DNA from: Pseudomonadota bacterium
GTDB lineage: Bacteria > Pseudomonadota > Gammaproteobacteria > Burkholderiales > Burkholderiaceae_B
Reading direction: 5' to 3'
Assembly: GCA_023439305.1 (NCBI GenBank)
Contig: JAEXOO010000042.1
Location: 43,321-107,320 of the forward strand
Length of the DNA: 64,000 nt
Numbering within the stretch: position 1 is the first letter of the stretch; every line of letters starts with the position of its first letter. Below are positions 38,870 to 49,017 of the stretch, piece after piece. The notes under the pieces are model-generated. The model did no database searches. It saw only the letters and a list, made by a program, of their open reading frames with translations, and was not told where the DNA came from. A program made the translations under genes and the position numbers.

Positions 38870-39955
38870 TCAGAGCGGACGAGGGACGACCTTGGGCCGC
38901 TGACCCGACGTATCGGGCGGCAACTGCGAGAGATTGGCCGACACGCGGTTGGCGATCTCCTGGTACAGACGGGCTTCGGCGCTATCGGCCGAGGCAATGA
39001 CGGTCGGCGTGCCCGAATCGGTCTGGGCGCGGATGCTCATGGCCAGCGGCAAGGCGCCCAGCCAGGGTACATTGAACTGCGCCGCCATGTCGCGTCCGCC
39101 ATGCTGGCCAAAGACCGGGTCGGCATGACCGCAGTTCGAGCAGATGTGCACCGACATGTTCTCGACAATGCCCAGCACGGGCACATTGACCTTCTGGAAC
39201 ATGGACAGGCCGCGCTTGGCGTCAGCCAGCGCCAGGTCCTGCGGCGTCGTGACGATGACAGCGCCCGTCAGCGGCACCTTTTGCGACAGTGTCAGGGCGA
39301 TGTCCCCTGTGCCGGGAGGCATGTCGATGATGAGGTAATCCAGATTGTCCCAGCGGGTCTGGGCCAGCAATTGCGTCAACGCCTGGGTCGCCATGGGTCC
39401 GCGCCAGATCGCGGGCGCGTCCTCATCCAGCAGAAAGCCGATGGAATTGGCCTGCAGGCCATGGCCGATCAGCGGCTCCATCATCTTGCCGTCCGCGCTG
39501 CGCGGCTTTTCGTGCAGTCCCAGCATGATGGGCACGCTGGGGCCGTAGATGTCAGCATCCAGCAAGCCCACACGGGCGCCCTGCATATGCAGGGCCAGGG
39601 CCAGGTTCACGGAGGTGGTGCTCTTGCCCACGCCGCCCTTGCCCGACGCCACCGCAATGATGTTACGGATGTTGGGCATAGGACGCAGGCCTTCCTGCAC
39701 GGCGTGCACGCCGATGCGCGGCTCCAGATGCAACTGGGCCAACCGGGCGCCTATGTCCGCCAGAGCCTGCGCAATACGCTCGCGCAACTGTCCCTGGATA
39801 TCGTAGGCCGTGTAAGGCAGGAACAATGTGACCGACACCTGGTCGCCATCCACGCCGATCTCGCACCGGCCCGCATCCACCGACAGCTTCTTAAACGTGT
39901 TGGGGTCGGTTACCCCGGCCAGGGCCTGCAATACACGTTCGGAACTTACAGTCAT
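38870..39955 (-). CDS. apbC: Fe-S cluster carrier ATPase ApbC/Mrp
   Basis: 361 aa. Has the Walker A motif VASGKGGVGKST and the CSNCGH cluster-binding motif. Confidence 0.9.
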   Translation of the reverse strand: MTVSSERVLQALAGVTDPNTFKKLSVDAGRCEIGVDGDQVSVTLFLPYTAYDIQGQLRERIAQALADIGARLAQLHLEPRIGVHAVQEGLRPMPNIRNIIAVASGKGGVGKSTTSVNLALALHMQGARVGLLDADIYGPSVPIMLGLHEKPRSADGKMMEPLIGHGLQANSIGFLLDEDAPAIWRGPMATQALTQLLAQTRWDNLDYLIIDMPPGTGDIALTLSQKVPLTGAVIVTTPQDLALADAKRGLSMFQKVNVPVLGIVENMSVHICSNCGHADPVFGQHGGRDMAAQFNVPWLGALPLAMSIRAQTDSGTPTVIASADSAEARLYQEIANRVSANLSQLPPDTSGQRPKVVPRPL

Positions 39956-40057
39956 TTGTCCAAAACCTTGATATAAAGAAACATCACCATACCTTTAAAC
40001 CAGAAGAATAGCGGATCAAAGGGAATTTTTTTGTACAGATAGTGTCATACTAACCCT

Positions 40058-40324
40058 ATGAATACATTTAACCAGATTATCCGCACAGCCCTCTTTGTCT
40101 TGCTGACAATTTTCGGTGCAATCATGGCGTTTATTTTCATGGTTTCCACCGCGATTGCCATCGGCATCCTGTACATCGTGGCGCGCATCAGCGGCCGGCC
40201 CTTCGGCGTCAAAGCCTACTGGGACCAGCGCCGCCGCCCGGTCGCCCCCGCGATGCAGCCCGGCGCATCCCGTGCGCCGCGTGCGCAGGACGTCACCGAC
40301 ATCGAAATGCGCGAGATCCCCTAA
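40058..40324 (+). CDS. Hypothetical small membrane protein
   Basis: 88 aa with two predicted TM helices followed by a basic, Pro/Arg-rich tail. No obvious SD and no family recognised. Confidence 0.5.
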   Translation: MNTFNQIIRTALFVLLTIFGAIMAFIFMVSTAIAIGILYIVARISGRPFGVKAYWDQRRRPVAPAMQPGASRAPRAQDVTDIEMREIP

Positions 40325-40396
40325 GCGCCTCGTCCGCAGCAGGTGCGGCCTGCTGCGGACAGGCGCAGGCCCCGCCGCTGAAACAGCGGCGGGGCC
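40325..40396. repeat. Two tandem GC-rich perfect hairpins
   Basis: GTCCGCAGCAGG-TGCGG-CCTGCTGCGGAC (40332-40360, extendable by GCGCC/GGCGC) and GGCCCCGCCGCTG-AAA-CAGCGGCGGGGCC (40368-40396). Neither has a U-tract. Confidence 0.5.
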
Positions 40397-40546
40397 TGCG
40401 ATTGCGCTCTTGACTCCCCCTCAAGCCAGCCTGCCCTGTCGTGCCTGTACGACCGTGGCCCCACGGCCTGTCTGCCATTGCCAGCAGAAGCGCGCAATTC
40501 GACATAAAATCCCCCCTTCCCTTTTACACTTTTTTTCTTTTACGTC

Positions 40547-42616
40547 ATGTCACGAACGATATTTGTCACGACCGCCCTGCCGTACGCCAACGGCTCGTTC
40601 CACATCGGCCACATCATGGAATACATCCAGGCCGATATCTGGGTCCGGTCGATGCGAATGTCGGGACATACGCTGCATTTCGTCGGCGCCGACGACGCGC
40701 ACGGCGCGCCCATCATGCTCAAGGCCGAAAGCGAGGGCATCACGCCGGCCCAACTGGTGGATCGCATCGCTGCCGAACGCCCTGCCTACCTGAACGGCTT
40801 TCACATCAAGTTCGATCATTGGCACCGCACGGATTCGGACATCAATATCGCCCTGGCCCAGGACATCTACCGCTCGCTGCGAACCGCCGGCTTCATCGAC
40901 ACGCGCACCATCGAACAGTTCTATGACCCGGTCAAGGGCATGTTCCTGCCCGACCGCTACATCAAGGGCGAATGCCCCAAGTGCCATGCCAAGGATCAGT
41001 ACGGCGACAGTTGCGAAGTGTGCAGCGCCGTCTACGCGCCCACCGAACTGATCGAGCCCTATTCCACGCTGACCCGCGCGCGCCCCGTGCTCAAGACCTC
41101 CGAGCACTTCTTCTTTCGCCTGTCCGATCCGCGCTGCGTCGCCTTCCTGCAGGAATGGACCACCGGCGTCAATGCCCAGGGCAAGCCGCGACTGCAGTCC
41201 GAAGTGCTGGGCAAGACCCGCGAATGGCTGGGTACGGGCGAAGGCGCCGAGGCCTCCTTGAACGACTGGGACATCTCCCGCGACGAACCCTATTACGGCA
41301 TTCCCATCCCGGACGCCCCGGGCAAGTATTTTTATGTCTGGCTGGATGCGCCGGTAGGCTACCTGGCGTCTCTGAAATCCTACTGTGCCGAACAAGGCCT
41401 GGATTTCGACGCCTTGCTGGATCCGAACGGCTCCACCGAACAGGTGCACTTCATCGGCAAGGACATCGTGTACTTCCACGCCCTGTTCTGGCCCGCCATG
41501 CTGAAGTTCTCGGGCCGCAAGGTGCCCGACGCCCTGAACGTGCACGGCTTCATCACCGTCAGCGGCGAAAAGATGTCCAAGAGCCGCGGCACCGGCATTT
41601 CACCGCTGCGTTACCTGGAACTGGGCATGGACGCCGAATGGATGCGCTATTACATGGCCGCCAAGCTGAATTCGCACGTTGAAGACATGGATTTCAATCC
41701 TGAGGACTTCATCGCCCGCGTCAACAGCGACCTGATCGGCAAGTACGTCAACATCGCCAGTCGTGCCGCCAACTTCATCAGCAAGCACTTTGACGGCCAG
41801 CTTGCCTACCAGGGCGATACCGCCGCCTTGCAGACCGAACTGCAGGCCGTGGCCGAGAAAGTGCGCGCAGACCTGGAAAACCGCGAATACGGCCGCGCCG
41901 TGCGCCAGATCATGGCCCATGCCGATGTCATCAACCAGGCCTTCGACACAGCTCAGCCCTGGGTCATGGCCAAGGGCATAGGCACAGCCGAGCAAGCCCA
42001 GAAAGACGCGCTGCAGGATATCTGCTCACGCACGCTGGCCGGTTTCAAGGGCCTGTCTGTCATGCTGGCCGCCATTCTGCCGGCGCTGACCGACCGCGTA
42101 GCACGCGAACTGTTCGGCATGGATCGTTCTTTTGTCTGGAACGATGCAACCGAACTACCTGCCCATATCGCTCCCTTCAAGCACCTGATGCAGCGTGTGG
42201 ACAGCGCCCTGGTGGACGAGTTGCTGGCTCCCCCGCCCGCACCGGTTGTCGTGCCCGGCGGAGAAGCCATCGCCGACACCATCGACATCAAGGACTTCGC
42301 CAAGGTGGACCTGCGCATCGCCAAGATCGTGTCCTGCGAAGCGGTGGACGGCTCGGACAAGCTGCTGCGCTTGAGCCTGGACGCGGGCGAAGGCCGCCTG
42401 CGACAGGTGTTCTCCGGCATCAAGTCGGCCTACGAGCCTGAACAACTGGTGGGCAAGCTGACTGTGCTGGTGGCCAACCTGGCCCCGCGCAAAATGCGCT
42501 TCGGCATTTCCGAAGGCATGGTGCTGGCGGCCAGTCATGCCGACGAATCCGTCGACGACGGCATCTACGTGCTGGAGCCCTTCCCCGGCGCCCAGCCCGG
42601 CATGCGCATCCATTAA
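40547..42616 (+). CDS. metG: Methionine--tRNA ligase
   Basis: 689 aa. Has the HIGH motif ([11 protein letters not shown]), KMSKS, a zinc knuckle CPKCH...CEVC, and a C-terminal tRNA-binding domain. Confidence 0.95.
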   Translation: MSRTIFVTTALPYANGSFHIGHIMEYIQADIWVRSMRMSGHTLHFVGADDAHGAPIMLKAESEGITPAQLVDRIAAERPAYLNGFHIKFDHWHRTDSDINIALAQDIYRSLRTAGFIDTRTIEQFYDPVKGMFLPDRYIKGECPKCHAKDQYGDSCEVCSAVYAPTELIEPYSTLTRARPVLKTSEHFFFRLSDPRCVAFLQEWTTGVNAQGKPRLQSEVLGKTREWLGTGEGAEASLNDWDISRDEPYYGIPIPDAPGKYFYVWLDAPVGYLASLKSYCAEQGLDFDALLDPNGSTEQVHFIGKDIVYFHALFWPAMLKFSGRKVPDALNVHGFITVSGEKMSKSRGTGISPLRYLELGMDAEWMRYYMAAKLNSHVEDMDFNPEDFIARVNSDLIGKYVNIASRAANFISKHFDGQLAYQGDTAALQTELQAVAEKVRADLENREYGRAVRQIMAHADVINQAFDTAQPWVMAKGIGTAEQAQKDALQDICSRTLAGFKGLSVMLAAILPALTDRVARELFGMDRSFVWNDATELPAHIAPFKHLMQRVDSALVDELLAPPPAPVVVPGGEAIADTIDIKDFAKVDLRIAKIVSCEAVDGSDKLLRLSLDAGEGRLRQVFSGIKSAYEPEQLVGKLTVLVANLAPRKMRFGISEGMVLAASHADESVDDGIYVLEPFPGAQPGMRIH

Positions 42617-42640
42617 CCATTTGTGCGCCTGAACAAAAAA

Positions 42641-42668
42641 ACCTCGCCCTAGGGCGAGGTTTTTTTTT
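42641..42668 (+). terminator. Intrinsic terminator after metG
   Basis: ACCTCGCCC-TA-GGGCGAGGT hairpin followed by T9. An A7 run upstream makes it look bidirectional. Confidence 0.85.
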
Positions 42669-42771
42669 GTCCTGATAGTCAGGACGAAATCATCACGCCA
42701 AGTCACCTTTGTTCGTGGGGCATGACTACCATAGGAAAGAGGCTCCGCCCTATGCGTCAACCTTTTAAAAC

Positions 42772-42791
42772 ATACCCTTATCGGGTATAAT
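42772..42791 (+). promoter_or_regulatory. Putative TA promoter -10 box with an overlapping inverted repeat (operator candidate)
   Basis: ATACCC-TTATC-GGGTAT inverted repeat (42772-42788) overlaps TATAAT (42786-42791). GGAG lies 6 nt before ATG 42803. Confidence 0.4.
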
Positions 42792-42802
42792 TGGAGCATG
42801 GC

Positions 42803-43174
42803 ATGGTTGTATTCAAAAGACGCTTTTTTGCACGCTGGCAAGCAGCCGAAAACCTGCAGGATAAAACACTCTGGTCCGTCATCGACGAAATGGAGCACGG
42901 CCTGATTGACGCCGACCTGGGCGGACTGCTTTACAAGAAACGAGTCGCCCGCCCCGGATATGGTCGTCGTGGCGGATACCGTATTCTGCTATCTGCTCGC
43001 CTGGGAGAGCGCTACATCTTCATGCATGGTTTCTCAAAGTCAGAAAGCGACAATATCCATCACTCCGAACGCACTGCTCTGCAATATGCCGGAAAAATAT
43101 TTCTAGGCTTGAATGGCCCAGACTTGACCACGGCCTTGAACCAGGAAGTGCTGATCAAACTGGCGGCAGCATGA
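42803..43174 (+). CDS. Type II toxin, RelE/ParE superfamily (HigB-like, toxin-first arrangement)
   Basis: About 123 aa from ATG 42803 (MVVFKRRFFARW...). The GGYRILLSARLGERYIFMHGFSKSE core is typical of the RelE-like toxins that pair with XRE antitoxins. The TGA overlaps the antitoxin ATG (ATGA). Confidence 0.8.
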   Translation: MVVFKRRFFARWQAAENLQDKTLWSVIDEMEHGLIDADLGGLLYKKRVARPGYGRRGGYRILLSARLGERYIFMHGFSKSESDNIHHSERTALQYAGKIFLGLNGPDLTTALNQEVLIKLAAA

Positions 43175-43476
43175 AATCACCTATCATCGATTCTCTTCGA
43201 AGCGACCTGGAAACATTGGTCGCATCCGGCGCTGTAGACAAAGTCACCTTGCGGGAGTTCGATCTGCTGCACCCGCCTCCCGTGCACGAACTCGGACCGG
43301 CCGACATCAAGGCGCTACGCGAACGCTTCAAGCTCAGCCAATCCATCTTCGCCCGATACTTGCATACCACGGCGTCGACCGTCCAAAAATGGGAGCGCGG
43401 CGAAAGCCGTCCCGCCGGCCCTGCTCTCAAACTACTCAATCTACTCGCTCAACGAGGCTTGAGTATCCTCGCCTGA
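43171..43476 (+). CDS. XRE-family HTH antitoxin (HigA/NadS-like)
   Basis: 101 aa. C-terminal HTH is LRERFKLSQSIFARYLHTTASTVQKWERGESRPAGPALKLLNLL. Confidence 0.8.
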   Translation: MKSPIIDSLRSDLETLVASGAVDKVTLREFDLLHPPPVHELGPADIKALRERFKLSQSIFARYLHTTASTVQKWERGESRPAGPALKLLNLLAQRGLSILA

Positions 43477-43483
43477 CGAGCCC

Positions 43484-44794
43484 TCACACAGGCTCGAACA
43501 CCGCCATGGACTCCACATGGCCGGTGTGCGGAAACAGGTTCAGCACACCGGCGGCGCGCAGGACGTAGCCGCCCCGGCGCACCAGGATGGCCGCATCGCG
43601 GGCCAACGTCAGGGGATCGCAGGACACATACACGATGCGCCGGGGGCGGCGTTCAGCCGGCAAGGCCGCCAAGACCTGGGCGATGGCGCGGGCCCCGTCA
43701 CGCGGCGGATCCATCAGCACCTTGTCGACCGGGCCCAGGGTGTCCCACCAGTGGAGGTCGACCTCGAACAAATTGCATTCTGTAAATGACACGCGCTCTT
43801 GCAAACCGTGTTCCAGCGCCGCCGCGCGGGCGCGCATCAGCAGGGCAGGACTGCCTTCGATGCCAAGGACCGATGCGCTGCGGCGCGCCAGGGGCAAGGT
43901 GAAATTGCCCAGACCGCAGAACAGGTCCAGGACACGATCCTGCTCCTGTGGGTCCAGCAAGCCCAGCGCCTGCGACACCAGGCGCTGATTGCTGGCAGGA
44001 TTGACCTGGGTGAAGTCGGTGGGTCGATAGGCAAAGCGCACATCAAACTCGGGCAAGGCGTAGGCCAGTTCCTGCCCCGCAGGCACCGGATCGAGCGATT
44101 GCGCCGATTCGGGCCCATGCGCCTGCGTCCACCATTGAATAGCATGCTCGCGCCCGAACGCGCGCAGGCGATCCCGGTCATCGGCGGACAAGGGCAGCAG
44201 ATGTCGAAGCACCAGCACACAGACAGCATCCCCCATGGCCAACTCGATCTTCGGAATCCGATGCGCGATGGACAACCCCGCCAGCAGGCTGCGCAAGGGC
44301 TCGAGCAGAGCGGACACCTTGCCCGGCAGGATCAGGCATTGGCGCAGATCCGCGACGTAGATGCTGCCGCGCTCCTTGAAGCCGATGCGCAGGCCTTCCC
44401 CGGGAACCAGATAGACAGACAGCCGCGCACGATAGCGATAGGCCCAATAGGCCCCATGCGCAGGCGCCAGAATGTGCCCGGGACGCAGCCTGCCGATACG
44501 CTGGAGGCTGTCCTCCAGGTAGCGCTGCTTGACCGCCACCTGAGCGCTGGGATCGAGATGCTGCAGGACACAGCCGCCACAGGTCCCTACATGCGGACAG
44601 GGCGGGACGACTCGCTGGCTGCTGACCCGCACAATGCTCTGCAACTGCCAGACCTGATGCTGGCCGCCGCCCGTCGGATGGGCCACGCGCACCCGTTCGC
44701 CCGGCAAGGCGCCCTGCACAAAATGCGTGCAAGCCGGCGCATGCGCGACGCCCCGCCCTTGCATATCCAGCGAATCGATCTCCAGTTCCATCAT
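43484..44794 (-). CDS. rlmD: 23S rRNA (uracil1939-C5)-methyltransferase
   Basis: About 436 aa from ATG 44794. Has the Fe-S Cys cluster CPHVGTCGGCVLQH, the SAM motif VLDLFCGLGNFTLPLA, and the catalytic YVSCDPLTLARD. Confidence 0.85.
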   Translation of the reverse strand: MMELEIDSLDMQGRGVAHAPACTHFVQGALPGERVRVAHPTGGGQHQVWQLQSIVRVSSQRVVPPCPHVGTCGGCVLQHLDPSAQVAVKQRYLEDSLQRIGRLRPGHILAPAHGAYWAYRYRARLSVYLVPGEGLRIGFKERGSIYVADLRQCLILPGKVSALLEPLRSLLAGLSIAHRIPKIELAMGDAVCVLVLRHLLPLSADDRDRLRAFGREHAIQWWTQAHGPESAQSLDPVPAGQELAYALPEFDVRFAYRPTDFTQVNPASNQRLVSQALGLLDPQEQDRVLDLFCGLGNFTLPLARRSASVLGIEGSPALLMRARAAALEHGLQERVSFTECNLFEVDLHWWDTLGPVDKVLMDPPRDGARAIAQVLAALPAERRPRRIVYVSCDPLTLARDAAILVRRGGYVLRAAGVLNLFPHTGHVESMAVFEPV

Positions 44795-44855
44795 GTCCTG
44801 CCGGCGCTCCTTGGCCCTCTTACACCTGTCGCTGGCATTGTAAAAGCGAACCGCT

Positions 44856-45998
44856 TCAGGCGGGGATGGGCTGGCGCGGCGCAGGCATGGCTTCAAACAG
44901 GCCGTCAGGCGCATAGACCGTAGCAAGCGGCTCAGCCAACTGGGCGCCATGACGCTGCACGATATCGGCGATGCGCAGCAGAATGTCTTCCTTTACATCC
45001 ATGAACTCGTTGTAATCCGTGCTGACCGTAAAGGCATACAAGGACAATTGCAGGGATCGCTCGCCGCAGCTGTCAAAATTGAAGGCGAAGAAATCCTGCT
45101 GTATGCCCTTGTGCTGGCGCAGCATCTGACGGCATTCCTGAACAATCAGGGACATGGCGCTCATGTCCATGTAGCGCAAATGCAGGGTTTCCATGATGCG
45201 CCGGGCCGTCATGCGGGAATGGTTGATGATGGGCTGCGTGTTGAACATGGCGTTGGGCACAAAGAAGGGCTTGCAGTCGAACCCGATCAGGCGCGTGGCC
45301 CGCCAACCTATGTGCTCCACCCCTCCGGCCAGCTCGGTGCCGGGAATGATGATGTATTCCCCTACTTTGAAAGGCCGGCTGGCAAAGATGGTCAGCCCGC
45401 CCAACAAGTTGGCCACCAGACTCTGCGCCGCAAAGCCGATGGCGATGCCGCCCACTCCGCCAAAGGCCAACACCCCCGCGATCGAAAAACCCAAGGCCTG
45501 CATGACCGTCAGCATTGCTGTCAGCACAATAGAGGCCCGCACCAGCTTGCCGATGGCGTCCGTGGCCGTCGGGTCCAGCTCCTGGCGGCGGGTTCGTGCG
45601 CGCGCCAGCAGATTATCCTGCACCTGGGTGCAGACCTTCAGAAAATACCAGGTGACGATGGCGATGACGGCCACCATGGGCGCGGTCGGCAGAATGGCCG
45701 CCAGCATGGACGACACATCATGTTCGACCAGCAGGCGCGCCGCGCCCGCCAGGCCCAGCACCCAGATCAGCACTTTGACTGGCCCAGGCCCGCTGGCCAG
45801 CAAGCCGTGCAACCAGACATGGCGTGCCGGATCCGTGCGCTGCGCCAGGCGCGTCACGACTCTGCCGGCGACCATCCCTGCCAGCAAGGCGAACAAAATA
45901 ATCATGAATACGGCCAAGACGTCGCCCCACTGCTCCAGCACGGCGGCGACTTTCTGGTAAAAAGCATGGTCTTTCACGGCGGTCGCTCCTGTTCTCAT
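44856..45998 (-). CDS. MscS-family mechanosensitive channel
   Basis: 380 aa. The pore-helix signature GVGGIAIGFAAQSLVANLLGGLTIFASRPFKVGEYI is present. Confidence 0.85.
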   Translation of the reverse strand: MRTGATAVKDHAFYQKVAAVLEQWGDVLAVFMIILFALLAGMVAGRVVTRLAQRTDPARHVWLHGLLASGPGPVKVLIWVLGLAGAARLLVEHDVSSMLAAILPTAPMVAVIAIVTWYFLKVCTQVQDNLLARARTRRQELDPTATDAIGKLVRASIVLTAMLTVMQALGFSIAGVLAFGGVGGIAIGFAAQSLVANLLGGLTIFASRPFKVGEYIIIPGTELAGGVEHIGWRATRLIGFDCKPFFVPNAMFNTQPIINHSRMTARRIMETLHLRYMDMSAMSLIVQECRQMLRQHKGIQQDFFAFNFDSCGERSLQLSLYAFTVSTDYNEFMDVKEDILLRIADIVQRHGAQLAEPLATVYAPDGLFEAMPAPRQPIPA

Positions 45999-46160
45999 GA
46001 ATTGAAAAGCGGACCGCTTGCGGTCCGCCGACTGTCCTTTTTACGGTAACAGCCGCCCGCGTATCGTTTCAAGTCGCCCTGCCGGTGCAAAGCCCGATAC
46101 ACTCTTGTGCAGGCGACGCTGGCACGTCGCATGTATCGAATTGCACCGAGGAGTCTGGCC

Positions 46161-47069
46161 ATGGAAAAAGCCACCCCAGCCGACCTGGATCGGCACCGCA
46201 GCGCCCAGCGCTCCACCTGGGTCAGTGTGGCGGTGAATGTGGGCTTGAGCCTGCTGCAGATCGCCATCGGCCTGTTCGCCAACTCGCGCGCCCTGATTGC
46301 GGATGCCATCCACTCTCTGTCCGACCTGATGTCGGACTTTGTGGTGCTGTACGCCAACCGCCACAGCCGCAAAGGGCCGGATGCCGACCACCCCTACGGG
46401 CATCTGCGCTACGAAACCGCCGCCACGCTGGCCATCGGCGTGCTGCTGATTGCCGTCGGCCTGGGCATGGTCTGGAATGCCATCTCCGCGTTGCAGAACC
46501 CGGACAGCATCGAGCCAGTGCATCCTGTCGCTCTTCTGGTCGCCATGACCGCCCTGTTGGGCAAGGAGCTGCTGTTCCGATACATGCTGCGCGTGGCCAA
46601 GCGGGTGCGTTCGACCATGCTGGTGGCCAATGCCTGGCATGCGCGCTCGGACGCCGCCTCGTCCCTGGTGGTCAGCCTGGGCGTGCTGGCCAATCTGGCG
46701 GGCCTGCCCCTGGCCGACCCCCTGGCTGCGAGCATCGTGGGGCTCATGATTCTGCGCATGGGCTGGAAGTTTTCCATCGGCGCCTTCCACGACCTGACCG
46801 ACCGCGCCGTAGACCACGACACTGAGCAACGCATCGCCGCTCTGCTGCGCGAAACCCCTGGCGTGCAAGGCATACACGAACTGCGCACCCGCAAGCTGGG
46901 CGACATGATCTGGGTCGAAGTGGACCTGGAAATGGACGGCAAGCTGACGATCGCCCAAGGCCATGCCATTGCCGTTCTGGCCCGCGAACGCGTCATGCAG
47001 GCCGAGCCCGTGCTGGACGTCATGACGCACTTCGACCCGGTCGATTTGCCGCCAGCCTCCAGGACTTGA
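46161..47069 (+). CDS. Cation diffusion facilitator (CDF) metal efflux transporter
   Basis: ATG at 46161 follows GAGGAG. HxxxD motifs are DAIHSLSD and NAWHARSD. The C-terminal cytoplasmic domain contains IHELRTRKLGD. Confidence 0.85.
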   Translation: MEKATPADLDRHRSAQRSTWVSVAVNVGLSLLQIAIGLFANSRALIADAIHSLSDLMSDFVVLYANRHSRKGPDADHPYGHLRYETAATLAIGVLLIAVGLGMVWNAISALQNPDSIEPVHPVALLVAMTALLGKELLFRYMLRVAKRVRSTMLVANAWHARSDAASSLVVSLGVLANLAGLPLADPLAASIVGLMILRMGWKFSIGAFHDLTDRAVDHDTEQRIAALLRETPGVQGIHELRTRKLGDMIWVEVDLEMDGKLTIAQGHAIAVLARERVMQAEPVLDVMTHFDPVDLPPASRT

Positions 47070-47120
47070 CCCTGACGTTACGTCAGTCCCGACCATGCCG
47101 TTCTTTACCTGGAGAACCGC

Positions 47121-47975
47121 ATGCCGTCATACCTCGCGCCCGAAACACCCAGCCCCAGCGCCCTGCGCATGGCCCTGATGCGCGCCGCGCATCAATTGCT
47201 CGATGAGCCCCGCGTCCTGCACGACCCTTATGCCTTGCGGATTCTAGGTGATCAGGCGCTCGACCTGATCGCCGATCCGTACGCGCTGAATGATCCTATG
47301 ACGCGCCCGCTGCGCGCGGCCATCGTCGGGCGCAGCCGCTGGGCCGAAGACGACATGGAACACGCGGTGCACCAAGGCGTGCAACGCCTGGTGCTGCTGG
47401 GCGCAGGCCTGGATACTTACAGCCTGCGCGCACCCAGCACCGTTCAAGTGCTGGAGATCGACCACCCAGCCATGCAGGACTGGAAACGACGCCGGCTCCA
47501 TGCCGCGCAGTTGCGCCTGCCCGAGCACGTTCGACTATTGCCTTGCGACCTTGCCCGCCAGGGTCTGGATACCTGTCTGGCGCAGGCCGGCGTCCCGCCG
47601 GACGAACCCATCTGCGTTGTCGCTCTAGGCTTGACGCCTTATCTGCGCGCCGAACGCGTCCAGCACCTGTTGGCCTGCACAGGCCGCTACCCGGCCGGCA
47701 CCCGCATTCTTTTTGATTTCCGCGTCAATCCGGCGGCGCTGCCGCCCATGGAACGCATGCTGGACGGCATGATGGCGCAGCAATGCGCAGCCGGCGGCGA
47801 ACCCTGGCTCAGCGCCTTTCAGCCCCATGATGTGGATGAATTGCTGAACCGTCTCGGATTTAGCCGCCGTACACTGTGGGACACGGAAACACTCAACCGC
47901 CATTACTTCCCGCAGCGACGCGACGGCCTGCAAAGCATAGGCGCGGGACTGCGCCTGGTGCGGGCGGCTGTCTGA
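47121..47975 (+). CDS. Class I SAM-dependent methyltransferase (LCM/TcmP-like O-methyltransferase family)
   Basis: 284 aa. Motifs VLLGAGLDTYSLR and EIDHP are present. Confidence 0.8.
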   Translation: MPSYLAPETPSPSALRMALMRAAHQLLDEPRVLHDPYALRILGDQALDLIADPYALNDPMTRPLRAAIVGRSRWAEDDMEHAVHQGVQRLVLLGAGLDTYSLRAPSTVQVLEIDHPAMQDWKRRRLHAAQLRLPEHVRLLPCDLARQGLDTCLAQAGVPPDEPICVVALGLTPYLRAERVQHLLACTGRYPAGTRILFDFRVNPAALPPMERMLDGMMAQQCAAGGEPWLSAFQPHDVDELLNRLGFSRRTLWDTETLNRHYFPQRRDGLQSIGAGLRLVRAAV

Positions 47976-47988
47976 CCCAGGTCTTGTA

Positions 47989-48957
47989 ATGTCCTCTAAT
48001 CCACCTTCCCCCCTGCTGCAGATCGGCGAGCTGGCCCGCCAGGCCCGCATGACAGTGCGCACCCTGCACCATTACGACGATATAGGCCTGCTGCGCCCGC
48101 GCCATCGCAGCGCTGCGGGCTATCGGCTGTACAGCCAGGACGATATAGGCCGCCTGCAACATATCCAGGCCCTGCGCTCGCTGGGCCTGGATCTGGCCCA
48201 AATCGCCCGGATTCTGGACACGCGCACCCAGGACATCATTCCCTTGCTGCAACGCCATATCGAGCATCTGGATCAGCAGATCAAGCAGCAAGAGCGTCGG
48301 CGGGACAGCTTGCGCCGCCTGACAAGCAGCTCGGGACTTGCCTCGGACTGGCATGAGCGCCTGGAATGGCTGGCTCTGTGCAATCGCTACCTGGACCCGG
48401 CACGCGATCAGGCCCTTGGCCTGCTCGATGCCAAGGGGCAACTGACGCCGGCCTGGCGCCGTCGGCTGCAGCGTCTGGAGCAATTGCGCCTGGCCCGCGT
48501 ACCGCCCGATCAGGTGCGTGCAGGGCGCGCGGCCGCACAGTGGATGCTGGCGCTGGAAGCTGAGACTCGAAGCGATGCCGGCCTGTTCCAGCAATTGCGT
48601 CGCATGTTCCGCGAAGAACCCCGCCTGAGCGCTCGTAGCGGCCTGAACCCCGAGTTAGACCATTACCTACTGCAAGCCTACGCCCATCATCGGCTGCGTC
48701 TGTTCAAACCCTACCTGACACCTTCCGCTTTCACCCATTTGTCCCAGCATTATCCCGATGCCTTGCCGTCCTGGCCCGACCTGATGGCCGAGCTGCTGAC
48801 CGCCGCGCAAGCGCAGTACCCGCCCGAACATCAAGCGGTACAAGATCTGCTGAGTCGTTGGCTGAGTCTGCAAGCCAGCTATACCCTGGACGCAGAAGCC
48901 GCCGACAGCATGCGCCGGGCCCAAGAAATCGAACCGGGGCTGCAAGAAGGCGCCTAG
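47989..48957 (+). CDS. MerR-family transcriptional regulator with a long C-terminal effector domain
   Basis: N-terminal IGELARQARMTVRTLHHYDDIGLL, followed by a coiled-coil and then an approximately 200-aa helical C-terminal domain. Any TipAS-like relationship is tentative. Confidence 0.8.
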   Translation: MSSNPPSPLLQIGELARQARMTVRTLHHYDDIGLLRPRHRSAAGYRLYSQDDIGRLQHIQALRSLGLDLAQIARILDTRTQDIIPLLQRHIEHLDQQIKQQERRRDSLRRLTSSSGLASDWHERLEWLALCNRYLDPARDQALGLLDAKGQLTPAWRRRLQRLEQLRLARVPPDQVRAGRAAAQWMLALEAETRSDAGLFQQLRRMFREEPRLSARSGLNPELDHYLLQAYAHHRLRLFKPYLTPSAFTHLSQHYPDALPSWPDLMAELLTAAQAQYPPEHQAVQDLLSRWLSLQASYTLDAEAADSMRRAQEIEPGLQEGA

Positions 48958-49017
48958 CTGCCGTCCGACGTGCTGCACCTGCTCAAACAGGCGCTGGCGG
49001 CACGCGGCCGGGCGGCA

